Shown one piece after another: positions 1-14,574 of a stretch of DNA of 64,000 bases. This DNA is from Eledone cirrhosa (lineage: Eukaryota), in NCBI GenBank assembly GCA_964016885.1, contig OZ024740.1, positions 60,016,001 through 60,080,000 of the forward strand, in the 5' to 3' direction. Position 1 is the first letter of the stretch. The number at the start of each line of letters is the position of its first letter. The translations under genes were made by a program, and so were the position numbers. The notes under the pieces are model-generated. The model was given only the letters and a program-made list of their open reading frames with translations, did no database searches and was not told where the DNA came from.

Positions 1-493
1 CCTGTAGATAGGCAAACTGTTTATTAGCTGAAATATACACAAGAGAAGAAAATTAGCTTTAATGAATTCTCGTGACTCAATATTCACCATGTCTCGCTCG
101 ATATAGGACAGGATGGTGAATTACCATCTGCGAAAGTTCAACGTTACTGTCATGATATCGAGAATAAATCTCCCGCTTAATACAAAAACCCCTCAGCTTA
201 TATCTTCTTGTTCATTGTACGGTCGGTCTCCCGTGCTGAATGGGAGGGAGAGTCTTTGGACAGGAACTAAATCTTGCATTATTGATTTTAGGAATATTTT
301 GGCACATCCCCAAGTTAGCAGTAACGTTTTGATACAAGAGCTGCATCTGATTACTTTGCAAATGAAATAAAAACATTTTTATTTGTTCCGCCTGCCAAAT
401 ATTCCTTCATTATTAATGAGATTCTGTCGATTATTACTTAGCGTTTCTTGCCAGGGATTTTCACATACAGAGCTGTCTTTTTTTTTTACAATC

Positions 494-567
<74 letters not shown>

Positions 568-2230
568 TGTTTCATCTTAGGTCAGACCTAATAGAGAAGA
601 CTTAGCAATAACCTTCACACCCTTTTTTTCGGGGAGGATGGGGGGAAAATATTTAGGGATGTATCATTCAATGTTTCTTTCAGGGAGATTTAGCTGTTAT
701 TTCTTGCAGGTCGAGCGACCATGTAGAGGCTACACCACTATCATCCCCACCCACCCCACTCTCTAGGCAATAAAATTTAGCGAGAAATAAAGTTTATTGC
801 AGTATCCTAAATGAAGAGGGGTGGGGATAGGTTGCCGCCTTCCCAAACGAAGTGGGATGAATAATTTATAAGCTAGGTCATGGCAGGACGCTGTGCGGTC
901 ATACAAGTTGTCACTCATTTTAAGCTCCACAGAAACAAACGACCCACTGACCTTTTTTTTTCTGCGCTGAATAATTGGTAAGTGATGAGTAGTTAAAAAG
1001 AAAGGTTATATTTCATTTGTCAGTTTAACTGAGCATATCATACTGGTTAGGGAACATTAGGCTTTGAAGGCAGAAGTCACTAAACACCTCATAGAAGTCT
1101 TAAATACCTCACGCGACTACCACTCTCTGATGGACCGCCACCAGTTTCGACGACGAGTGTTCCAGTTGTTCGATCAACAGAACAACTTGCTCATGAAATT
1201 TACGTGTAAGTGGCTGCGCATTTCACAAACACGAACACTCTTAACGTAACTCTCAAGGAAATGTAGCGTGATTCGGAGTGCGACAAGGCTGACCCTTTGA
1301 ATTACTGGTACAGTTCATCCAACGGGCTGCTAAACAGTTTCCGTCAATCCAAAGCATGGGTAGTTCCGAGGCTAATGATACTTGCCTAAGATTCCACGCA
1401 GTGGGATCGAACTTGGAACCTAATGATTGAGAAACGAATACATTTACAATTTGGCCATGTAGCGTCCATACTATATCATCATCATGACGAACAAAAAAGA
1501 GAGGCATTTAGGTATTAAGTCGACATGCTAGAAATAGCAGCCAAATTACACGATCGTCTTATAAACGGACGCGTTAGATTAAAACCTCCTCGACTTTTCA
1601 CATTGGAGAAACACTTCTTTAGAAATAACACTTTTCGTGACACCGAATTTTGTTAGAGACACGAAATCGATGAAATTAATAAATATATTATAAGATATCG
1701 TATCACTAGTCACGTGACGTCTACGCAGAGATGTCAGATCATCGAATATACTTCACATTCATAAAAATTCATCAGATTTGATTTAATTTCGTGACACACC
1801 ATCAGATATTATAGAAATGGCTTCTACAGGACTGGAACTGTTTCATTCGGGAGAAATCACCAGGAAGCTCATTTATAGTCTGCTATGTATTGTGTACTTT
1901 ACTTACTGTGGTTAACCCCGATTGAACACGGGATAAACTTATATATATATATATATATATATAACTTATATCAGCTTAAGCTGATCGGACTCCATGTGCT
2001 TGTTTCTTCCTATCTTTTCGTTGCTATACCTTATATGTTTGTTTACTTGTCTCGCTCGCTTTACGCTATATTACTTGTCCCAATAGCTTTATTTAGCTAT
2101 TGCTCGCACCAAGTGGAGGTATATGATTTTTAAAGCGATGAAATACCAATGAAGGTTGGAAAATCACTGATGAGGGACTATTTTTATCATATGTAACCCA
2201 TGTGCAACCACGCAGTATTCGATTCTTCTC

Positions 2231-2286
<56 letters not shown>

Positions 2287-2364
2287 TATACACACAGAGA
2301 AACATATGTGAAATCCCGAACGCGGCGCCAAGCGGTTTCGGCTTGTGTGTTCAGCAAGTCTTTT

Positions 2365-2487
<123 letters not shown>

Positions 2488-2564
2488 CGGAACATGTGTA
2501 TATACATATACATACAAAAACTCCCTTTCGCACTAAAATGTAAGTTATTGTGACATAAAGGTGG

Positions 2565-2624
<60 letters not shown>

Positions 2625-2699
2625 CGTATACATATATATAGAATCATTAGAACATCTGACTGATAAAATGACAAGTCAGTCAATCATATTGGTGGCCTC

Positions 2700-2870
2700 C
2701 CCACAGCCCCGGGGAACAGAATGGAGAAGGCGTTTCCCCGGAGGACAGCAAGGGAGACGCGCTGGAAAAGCCATTCCAGATCGCGAGGCACACACCTGCG
2801 GCTGGCAAGCTCAGCACCTATGGTGCTGAGTAGGGAGGTAGCCCTAGGGCCGAAAACACCAGAAGGTGAC
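2700..2870 (-). mobile_element. CRE-like non-LTR retrotransposon, C-terminal RLE fragment
   Basis: Translation GVFGPRATSLLSTIGAELASRR..PRDLEWLFQRVSLAVLRGNAFSIL fits the G..G......L..LG......RE..WL.QR.SLA..RGNA motif that ends CRE-clade ORFs. Confidence 0.65.
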
Positions 2871-3067
2871 ACACTGCAGTGCAGCGACACACTGTTTTGG
2901 AGATCTGTCATATAATCTTAGAAAAGGACACGGTAGATAATGTGACACTGGGTTACCCTACACATACAAAAAAGGTGAGATTGTCGTGGATGGAATAGCT
3001 TTTATCATAGCTCTACTCAATCGCGACAGACCGAGGGCTAAACAACAACAGCAACCATCATCAACAG

Positions 3068-3203
3068 AATGGTTTCTTATATAGGCACAAGGCCAGCAAT
3101 TTTGGGGGAGGGGAAAGTCGATTAAATCGACCCCAGTGCGTGACTGGTATTTTATTTTATCGACCTCGTAAGGATGAAAGGCAAAGTTAACCTCGTCGGG
3201 AAT
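3068..3203 (-). mobile_element. tRNA-SINE family 1, 5'-truncated copy
   Basis: ggcacaaggccagcaatt...gtcgattaaatcgacccc...ggatgaaaggcaaagttaacctc, shared with about 25 copies in the window. Confidence 0.85.
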
Positions 3204-3279
3204 GCTCGTCAAGCTAGGAATAGCAGCTAAATGACTCTTAAATTGCGCCCTGTTATCTTGAAAGTAAGATCATGTAGTT

Positions 3280-3532
<253 letters not shown>

Positions 3533-4378
3533 CTATATATATATATATACACCTCCCCTTCGAAAGTCCCCCACCGCCCACTCTCAAGCGTGAACCTAAT
3601 GCACGTAATATTAACACTTTGTACTTTCTCTTCGCTTTGTTTTTTTTTTTTTTTTTCTGTTTTAACTATTGGAGTTATCTTTCCCTTTTCAATCGTGCAA
3701 ACATAAACATAATATAATATGTACGATAAACTATATAACTTCGCTAAATTAACAATATTCTGAAAACATTTTCAATGTTGGAACAAAATATTCGAATCTA
3801 CAAATTGTTCTCCTCTCACAACTTGAAGCACCTATTTTTTTTTTGTGTGTAAAATACAAAATCAACTTCCTCGTAGCTCATATTAGAAATATAAAGAACT
3901 AATAATTGTAAATTATTTCTATTTCTATAATAATTATACATGCACAATTATTAATCTATATAGATATTTATATACATATAACCTATTGTAATGTAATAAG
4001 ATAAAAATACTTACAACCATAATTCTTCATATAATCTAATTGATTATATATACAATATATATAATATATATACTCATAATATAGCTAAATAAATTTAAAT
4101 TCTGGAATCATATTCCACCATTCCCCCAAATTAACGTAAATACAAGCTCTTCCTTTTTTTCCTTCCTACGCATATATACACATATCCCAATTATTTAAAT
4201 TCTCCATAGCGTCTAAAATAACGTTTTTTTAAGCCCTATACCTCAACCTCATTTGCATACTCATCTTAATAATTTGAAATATCTGACTTTTCTTCTCTTA
4301 TCCCTTCTCTATCCAAGGAAAACTTGAATCGTTAAGGTATTTTTCTTGATTATGTCAAAATTTATAAAACAAACTTTG

Positions 4379-4439
4379 TATTTTATCTGATGAAAGCATA
4401 CCAAAGTTTTGGTACCCTTGAAATATATATAATAGAATA
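4379..4439 (+). ncRNA. Minimal type I hammerhead ribozyme (family C)
   Basis: Stem I TATTTTAT/ATAGAATA; core CTGATGA 4387-4393; stem II AAG..TACCAAA/TTTGGTA..CTT; GAAA 4420-4423; stem III T-ATAT-A; AUA site, predicted cut after 4431. Confidence 0.75.
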
Positions 4440-4494
4440 AATATGGTTTTATAAATATAGTTTCCATTTATTTAATATCATTGTATATATATAT

Positions 4495-4527
<33 letters not shown>

Positions 4528-4531
<4 letters not shown>

Positions 4532-5296
4532 GGAAAAAATGAAACGATATTTCATTTCCCACTCTTAGTACGGCTGTTACTTAAATATAAGTATGTACAC
4601 GTGCATACATATATGTATACAGACGTATAATAACTGTACTAGTTAACAAGCCTGAAACTAGTACAGCGTTCCTTTGTCAGTGTTGAACAAACGAGCAACG
4701 GTGGTTGCTAGACACTACGGCTTAATACGGGATGTTTGTTTACAAACACACCGAGCATTATAATAAATGTTCGGTGAATCCATACGTGCATATATATATG
4801 TGTGCATGTATGTATATATATATACATACTACTGTACGTCTGTATACATATATGTATGCACGTGTACATACTTATATTTAAGTAACAGTCGTACTAAGAG
4901 TGGGAAATGAAATATCGTTTCATTTTTTCCGTTTATCGTTTTCGGTGCACCCGGCCGATTAACCCACTCAATATGCAAATTGGGCTACTCAGCCGTTAAT
5001 ATGCATAAGGTAAGTATATACGTTCAACAATCTGGCAGGAAGGTATACGTTGCTGACGATAGTTAACAAGCCTGAAACTAGTACAGCGTTCCTTTGTCAG
5101 TGTTGAACAAACGAGCAACGGTGGTTGCTAGACACTACGGCTTAATACGGGATGTTTGTTTACAAACACACCGAGCATTATAATAAATGTTCGGTGAATC
5201 CATACGTGCATATATATATATGTGTGCATGTATGTATATATATATACATACTACTGTACGTCTGTATACATATATGTATGCACGTGTACATACTTA
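4528..5296 (+). mobile_element. Family A hammerhead-bearing element: inverted segment plus 1.6 tandem units (period 420 bp), flanked by (TA)n
   Basis: 4528-4627 is the reverse complement of 4836-4935; 4640-4876 repeats at 5060-5296. Confidence 0.8.
5047..5089 (+). ncRNA. Minimal type I hammerhead ribozyme (family A)
   Basis: ACGTTG CTGACGA tagttaacaagcct GAAA CTAG TA CAGCGT; 6-bp stem I; palindromic CTAG stem III; GUA site; stem II is weak in this copy. Confidence 0.7.
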
Positions 5297-5317
5297 TATA
5301 TATATATATATATATAT

Positions 5318-6806
5318 ATGAAAAATGGCTTGCTGTGTGGTTGCAAATGGGTTACATATGAATAAAATTAGTCCTTCATCAGTGATCTTCCAACCTTCAT
5401 TGGTATTTATTCGCTTTAAAGATCATATACTTCTGGTTTGTGCGAGCAATAACTAAAGAAAGTTATTAGGACGCGTAAAATCGGGTGAAGCGAGCGAGAC
5501 ATGTAAACAAACATAGATGGTAATGCAACAGAAAGAGAGGAAGAGAAGAAAAAAGTCCGTGATATCTATGAACTTAAGTTCTGTGAAATATTAGACGAGA
5601 GATAAAGACCATCCGACCTGGGTGAGATGTGAGCGAGAAAAGTATTTCACGCAGGTCAAACTAGAGGAAGTGAGAGAGAGAGGGGGGGGGGGGGGTTAGC
5701 AGAGAGTGAGTGGGTGAAAGTGTGAGGAAGAGGCCAGCTGAGAGAGAGTGACTGGCTATATCTCTGGTTGGTGCGAGCAATAACTAAAAAAAATTATTGG
5801 GACACGTAAATTAGGGTGAAGCGAACGAGACATCTAAACAAACATAGATGGTAATGCAACGGAAAGAGAAGAAGAGAAAAAACAAGTCCATGATATCTAT
5901 GAACTTAAGTTCTGTGAATTCATAGACCAGAGATAAATACCATCCGACCTGGGTGAGATGTGAGCGAGAAAAGGATTTCACGCAGGTCAAACGAGAGGAA
6001 GTGAGAGAGGGGAAGTAGCAGAGAGTGAGTGAGTGAAAGTGTGAGGAAGAGGCCAGCTGAGAGAGAGACTGGCAGAGGGGGTAAAAAGAGGGTGAGTGAT
6101 ACAGAGAAAGGGGAAGCAGTAAGAAAGAAACAGACAGATCACAGCGGAGGAAAAAATATAAATATATGAAAAATGGCTTGCTGTGTGGTTGCAAATGGGT
6201 TACATATGAATAAAATTAGTCCTTCATCAGTGATCTTCCAACCTTCATTGGTATTTCTTCGCTTTAAAGATCATATACTTCTGGTTTGTGCGAGCAATAA
6301 CTAAAGAAAGTTATTGGGACACGTAAAATAGGGTGAAGCGAGCGAGACATGTAAACAAACATAGATGGCAATGCAACGGAAAGAGAGGAAGAGAAGAGAC
6401 AAGTCCGTGATATCTATGAACTTAAGTTCTGTGAAATCATAGACGAGAGATAAAGACCATCCAACCGGAGTGAGATGTGAGCGAGAAAAGGGTTTCACGC
6501 CGGTCAAACGGGGGGAAGTGAGAGAGTAGGAGTAGCAGAGAGTGAGTGAGTGAAAGTGTGAGGAAGAGGCCAGCTGAGAGAGGGTGACTGGCTATACCTC
6601 TGGTTGGTGCGAGCAATAACTAAAAAAAAGTTATTGGGACACGTAAATTAGGGTGAAGCGAGCGAGACATGTAAACAAACATAGATGGTAATGCAACGGA
6701 AAGAGAGGAAGAGAAGAAACAAGTCCGTGATATCTATGAACTTAAGTTCTGTGAAATCATAGACGAGAGATAAAGACCATCCGACCTGGGTGAGATGTGA
6801 GCGACA
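5318..6806. repeat. Higher-order tandem repeat (848-bp period with ~320-330-bp subunits)
   Basis: atgaaaaatggcttgctgtg at 5318 and 6166; gtgcgagcaataactaaa subunit at ~5440, 5771, 6288 and 6607; a diverged inverted relative lies at 1990-2220. Confidence 0.85.
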
Positions 6807-7775
6807 AACGCAGGAGTAAATGTTACATAGTGTTATTAGCTTCTCGCTTGTTGTTTACGACGTTTCGGACATAAGCCCTTCTTCAGGAGAGTGAGGGGGA
6901 AGAATGGGGGGGGGGGGGGGCAGTTAGCGGGAAAAATATGAACAGACGGGAAAAATAGAAATAAAAATGAATATAAAACATTAAGTGAAAATAAAATAGA
7001 TACAGAATTAAACGGAATATATATTTTTAAAAAACACAGAATTAAAAAACAACAGAATATTAAAAATGAGAGGGGTGTACAGGGGTGGTGGAAGCATTTC
7101 TGAATGAGGGGGAGGGGGGGATTTGGACAATTTAGTTGCAGTGATTAGTTTACCTCTTTGCACTCTAAAATGATCAGAAAACTTCGATTTGCGATAAACA
7201 AAACATCTACATAAATTGTAGCATATATCCAAATAGATGTGAGTTTTGATAGTTTGGGGAGAAAAATATAATTATTTGGGGTGGAGGGCATGCCCCCTTC
7301 CCCAGTTCCACCGCCGCTGTTTATATATATAATTTAAAAAAATAATTATGCTCTGTGCCCTTTCCTAAGGGGTTAATATATCGAGCTTCTTTGCATTTGG
7401 TAAGAAACTTGTATTACACCTAATTTATTCATCTCCTATATATATATATATTTATATTTATATGTTTCCTAGGTCCGATTTGAAGAAAGTCGATTGACTG
7501 TCGATATATATATATATATGTACATATATATATACACACATTCATTTATCATGTCTATTGGTAAGCTTTGTTACTCTGAAGTTTCACCTGCACACTCACA
7601 GGATCAACGGTTTTGTTTAGTGAGTACGCAGATGAGACTTCAGTCTAACAAGGCTTAGCCATAATAAAGGAACATCTAAACTTATCTTGACTCTCACTCT
7701 CTCTCTCTTTCAAATATATATATATTTATATAATAATAAAAAGGACGATTTGTATGTCTTCATTACGTTTATTGA

Positions 7776-7864
7776 ATAGTGACGCGCTTTTCGCTATTGA
7801 TCAGCTCAAGGTTGGATCTGTATCGATCTAGCCCGACTCTGGAATCAAAAGCTCATCGGACCTC
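7776..7864 (-). ncRNA. Degenerate hammerhead with long stem II (family D relative)
   Basis: Reverse complement: gaggt CCGATGA GCTTTTGAT...ATCAATAGC GAAA aGCGCG TC act, followed by AATAAA; U4C and 15.2 substitutions. Confidence 0.5.
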
Positions 7865-9621
7865 TGCTGTAATTACATTCTGCTTAGTTCTACACCGCTA
7901 TACATACTGGAAACTAAGCATCGAGTGCTTACTCTAGATATATATATTTATATATATATCTATATATTTATGTATATATATATTTAAATATACAAAAATT
8001 TAGTATACGGTATTGTATTAATGACAAAAATTATATTGAAATAAGGAACCATTTTCATTATCTTATCTGTAATTTTAAGGTATTGATTGAATCCAATGTT
8101 TGACATTTTGCTCGACAGTTCACGCTTTTGGTGCGCGACTTAAGGCCCACTCTGTATATATACCCTCACACACATAAGCGCGTGCTGGGCTTTGGCACAG
8201 TTTCCATCAACAAAGAGGAATGGAAATAAGAGGATACGCAGACAGAAGACATTCCTTTACTTATCAGTTTCTCAGGGTGGATGGGACAGGTCATATAGTG
8301 TCTAGCTCTCTCCTATTCAACCACAGCCTCTAAAACCCATTTCTATCACCACCACTAAAATCCACACGCAATGGTCACTCCGAGGCTTTCAGTAGAAGAC
8401 TCCCTAGCTGTTGCGCAGTAAGACCAAACCGAGAGCCACATGGTTGTGAAACGAAATTCTTAATCATACAGCGATTCTAGCGTTTACTGCATAAAAAACA
8501 TTAAGCATACAATTTTACAACTGCTCCCTTGCGGCTAACAAGCAGGCAGTCTCTTTAAGATGTTAATTCATAAATACAGTGTAGTTTAAAGCCGGTGATT
8601 TTGCAATTTTCAACATAAATAATATTCATATTAAAGAAAGATATTTTGAAGATACTTTTATATAAATAGTAATATTTGTAGCTAAGTAGATGTATGTAGA
8701 CACAGGAAATAGCATATGATAATATCGATTTTTACTTCATAATTCCAAATTCTTTTTTGTCCTAGAAACAGGCAATTTTATTTTAGGGCAAAGAAGAATA
8801 AAGAGATCTATCGGTTGTACATTGCACTGCAAATTGTATGTTATGCTCTTGAATAATTATAATAATATAATTATATTCACATCTACGATGCTTTATATTA
8901 AATCGTGTAATTCTTACTTGATCGACTTGATAAAGTTGGTCTCGGTGAAATTCGATCTGACAGTGGAAAGGGCCATAAGTAAATACTGCGTTCTGTTGAT
9001 CCACTGCTTTATTAACTTTATTTTACATCGCATCATATTTATCGACACACAACATGAATTTTCTTTCGAATTAGGGAAGATCAACTACCTGTCAGTTGAC
9101 CGGCTAGAAATAGCAGCTAAATACCACTTAAATCATATTGTATCGCTTTTTTTTTTAAAGGGAGGACATATTGAATATTGTATGCCTTCTATTATTATAG
9201 TGTGCCATCAGAGCTAACTTGGATTAATTCATGCTCTCATTAGCTGTATTAGCCTAAATGAATCATAATACAATATTGTAATTATAGGGACCCAGAGGAG
9301 TAAAATGAGATTCTGATGGATGGTGTTCATGGGAATGCAGAGAACATGAGTATACATTCCGCTTCCCTGTTGTCCTAGTCTTTTATCATAAAGGCATTCA
9401 CACCTGGAATGATTTATATGAATATAAATGGACCCCAGTACCTGACTAGCACTATATTTTTAGCGACAACTGAATGATGAAAAGCAAATTTGACCTCGGT
9501 GGGATTTGAACTCAGAATGTAAAGAACCATGACTATATATCGTAGGATGTCTTATTTTTGCTCCCCAAAACACTAACGATTGTGTTAATTCAGAGATGCT
9601 CATATATGATAACACTGAAAT

Positions 9622-9808
9622 AATTGTTTCTACTTTTTGGCACAAGGCCAGCAATTATCCCAGTGCATTACTGGTACTTTATTTTATCGACCCCGTAAGG
9701 ATGAAAGGCAAAGTTAACCTCGGCGGGATTTGAACTCAGAACGTAAAGGGCCATATTTCTGTTACAAATCATGGTGTTTGACGCTCTACCGATACTGCCA
9801 ATCCAATA
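9622..9808 (-). mobile_element. tRNA-SINE family 1 (short-tail variant)
   Basis: Reverse complement has A-box TGGCAGTATCGG, B-box GAGTTCAAATCC and the central domain CTTTCATCCTTACGGGGTCGATAAAATAAAGTACCAGT. Confidence 0.85.
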
Positions 9809-10017
9809 ATGGTTTGTAGATAGTGTTATTGTGGCAAACATAGCCGTAAGAACAGAGACTGGAGCTTTGTTTATTTGTTTTTTATGGCTCAGTCAGAGGA
9901 AGGTCAACATTCGTGAAGTTCTTTAGATCCTCCTGAAATTGAGGAAGAATAAGCAAAGTTATCATTTAACCGTAGATCTGTCTCAAATGGTTATGTGTGT
10001 ATGTGTGTGTGTGTGTA

Positions 10018-11240
<1,223 letters not shown>

Positions 11241-11404
11241 TAGAATCAGAAATAATGATAATAATAATTTCTTTATCAGCCACACAGGGCTCACATTAAG
11301 GAAACATTAAAGACGGTACAGGACGATACAGTGTGGGTATTTTTTGTGTAAATTAAAATTTATAACAGGGACTAAGAAAATAAACATTAAAAAAACAGAC
11401 ATAA

Positions 11405-11935
11405 TAATTATTATTTCTACTTTTAGCACAAGGCCAGCAATTACCCAGTACATTACTGGTACTTTATTTTATCGATTCCGTCAGGATGAAAGGCAAAGTT
11501 AACCTCGGCGGGATTTGAACTCAGACCATAAAGGGACGTAACTTTTTGCTGCAAAGCACGGCATCCGACCTTCTACCGATACTGCCAATCCACCGCCCAA
11601 ATAATGATTTCTAGTATAGGCACAAGGTCTTATTTCTACTTTTGGCACAAGGCCAGCAATTTCCAGTACATTACTGGTACTTTATTTTATCGACCCCGTA
11701 AGGATGAAAGGCAAAGTTAACCTCGGCGGGATTTGAACTCAGAATGGCAAGAGCCGTAACTCTATGTGTCAAAGCATGGCGTCCGATCCTCTACCGATAC
11801 TGCCAATCCCCGCCCTAATAATAATTGGCCAGCAATTACCCAGTACATTACTGGTACTCTATTTTATCGACCCCGTAAGGATGAAAGGCAAAGTTAACCA
11901 CCGGCCTAATAATAATGGTTTCATTTATTGGCCAC
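11405..11935 (-). mobile_element. Head-to-tail cluster of SINE family 1 copies
   Basis: Copies at ~11410-11598, ~11630-11815 and a partial at ~11826-11900, joined at taataat linkers. Confidence 0.85.
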
Positions 11936-12443
11936 AAGTTTTAGCTCCAGTATGTATAAATCAAGGCACGCACAGAGTTGGCCAATATCTACACTAGTTA
12001 ATATGTCGGCATTATAAAATCAAAACTGCTGACAAGTGGTATAATCATCATCCTAAGGCTGTAACTGAAGGAGGAAATGTAACGATTCTTTGAAACGTTC
12101 TTGTACATACAGACAGAACCTTCAAAACTACTAAACAGGATATCATTGTAAAAGAACAAAATAAAAAATCCTGCTTACTGATATGCACATCCCATGTGAT
12201 CACAGTATTATGGCGAAAGGAGTTTGACAAGATCAGAAAATGTAAAGATTTTCCTATTAAAATTGAAAAACTGTGACATCTCAAGGTGGCTACAATACCA
12301 GTGATTGTAGGAGCACTAGGAATGATAAAAAAAGGAACAGAAAATTATTTAAGAATGATCCTTGGCTTACCATCACTACTAGAGGGCGAACAATTGTTTT
12401 AACTGGTATGGCATACGTATTGAGGAGGTCACTATCATTGTGA
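11936..12443 (+). mobile_element. R4/Dong-like non-LTR retrotransposon RLE domain remnant
   Basis: YKSRH.RVGQYLH, VTIL.NV.VHTDRT...QDIIVK, TIPVIVGALGMIKKG and YVLRRSL motifs, with stops and frameshifts. Confidence 0.8.
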
Positions 12444-12956
12444 GATGAATAGGCAGTATCGATAGAGCGTTGGACAACATGTTTGGCGGCCTATAGTTAC
12501 GGCCTTTTACATTCTGGGATCAAATCCCGTCGAGGTTAGCTTAACCTTTCATCCTTAGGGGATCGATAAAATAAAGTACCAGTAAGGCACTGGGGTCGAT
12601 TTAATCGACTTTTCCCTCCCCCAAAATTTAGGTTTTCTACCTAAATGGACTTCCGAGGAATACTCGTGAAAAAACACGCAAAAAGCACGATCACCCTGAT
12701 CACTAAGGCAAAATATTCTCCCAGTTGTCCTCCTCCAATTTATAAATGCATACAACGAGCAGGTTCATTTCCTCAGATGATGCTCTCCATTCCCACTTAT
12801 CATTAAAAAACGACAAAGAAACAAATGAGTCTCTATATGATCATTCCACATGCTAGAAATAGTATCATTGATTTAAAGGAGAGGGTACACTAGATAATGC
12901 AGTCTAAGATACAGGATGATATTCACAATGGACACAATAGATAGCCGGATAATAAT

Positions 12957-13782
12957 AATGGTTTCTCATTTAGGCACAAGGCCAGCAATTTTGGAGAGGG
13001 GATAGTCGATTAATAGACTCAGTACATTACTGGTATTTTATTTTATCGACCCCGTAAGGAGGAAAGCAAAGCTAACCTCGGCTGGATTTGAACTCAGAAC
13101 GTAAAGGGCCGCTACTCTATGCCACTAAACATGCTGTCCGACACTCAATCGATGCTGCCAATCTATTACTAATAATTATTTCTACTATAGGCATAAGGCC
13201 AACAATTTGGGGGGAGAGAAAGTCGATTAAATCGACCCCAGTGCATTACTGGTACTTTATTGTATCGACCCCGTAAGGATGAAAAGCAAATCTAACCTCG
13301 GCGGCGTTTCAACTCAGAATGTAAAGGGCCATAACTATATGCCGTAATGTATAGTAATAATGGTTTCTTATATAGGCACAAGGCCAGTTAGTTAGGGGGA
13401 GGGGAAAGTCGATTAAATCGATACCAGTGCGTGACTGGTACTTTATTTTATCGACCCCGTATGGATGAAAGGCAAAGTTAACCTCGGCGGGATTTGAGCT
13501 CAGATCATAAAGAGCCGTAACTCTATGCTGCAAAGCATGGCGTCCGACCCTCTACTGATACTGCCAAATCACCACACTAATAATAATTGTTTCTACTTTT
13601 GGCACAAGGCCAGCAATTACCCAGTGTATTACTGGTACTTTATTTTATCGACCCCGTATGGATGAAAGGCAAAGTTAACCTCAGCGGGATTTGAACTCAG
13701 ATCATAAAGGGACGCAACTCTATGCCGGAAAGCATGGCGTCCGACACTTTTCCGAGAGTACCAAACCACCACACTAATAATA
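12957..13782 (-). mobile_element. Head-to-tail array of four SINE family 1 copies
   Basis: Copies start at ~12957, 13177, 13358 and 13585; both long-tail and short-tail variants are present. Confidence 0.88.
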
Positions 13783-14118
13783 ATAGCGTGAAAAATACAA
13801 TGCAATGCAATACAATGCATATATAAATAGGAAATCTATGATGGGAAGTAGTAGTTTAAATAGAAATGGTTTTAAATGACACGACCTATTTGAGTTTTGC
13901 GGCACCAGCTCTGTTGTATCATAGATGTAATGTCTACACCAAGTATTCTGAAGGAAGAGATATACATAGATATAAATACATTGATGACATCTTACTTTAA
14001 TCCATGTCTACGTGTAATGTTTACTGTCAATTACACACATAATGACACACACGTAAACATTGTATACATACATATATATATACACACACACACATGCATA
14101 ATATATACATACATACAC

Positions 14119-14159
<41 letters not shown>

Positions 14160-14180
14160 CCAAAGATTAATATGGTTCAT

Positions 14181-14264
<84 letters not shown>

Positions 14265-14311
14265 GACGTAAATAAGAAAGTTATGAAAATTGACTTACTT
14301 ACTAAAATTTC

Positions 14312-14392
14312 ACTCCAACTAATTAGTTTCTGTAAGGGGATAAATATGGTTACGGAGCGTATCCACAGAGAAACCTTACGTCATCAGGGAGT
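14312..14392 (-). ncRNA. Type I hammerhead ribozyme
   Basis: Reverse complement: ACTCC CTGATGA cGTAAGG...CCTTACa GAAA CTAATTAG TT GGAGT; 5-bp stem I, 6-bp stem II, palindromic stem III, GUU site. Confidence 0.75.
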
Positions 14393-14574
14393 CTATTTCC
14401 AGCTAAGCTTCCAGGCGTATATATGTGTGTGTGTGTGCGTATGTGTATATATATATGTGTATATATATATATATGTATATATATATATGTATATATATAT
14501 GTATATATATATGTGTGTGTATATGTGTGTAAGTGTGTATATGTGTGTGTATGTGTATTTGTATATATATATAT

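Noticed and set aside
6855-6890. Hammerhead core CTGAAGA aGGGCttatGTCC GAAACGTC on the minus strand
   Set aside because: No stem I partner is present; probably a broken copy, so not counted
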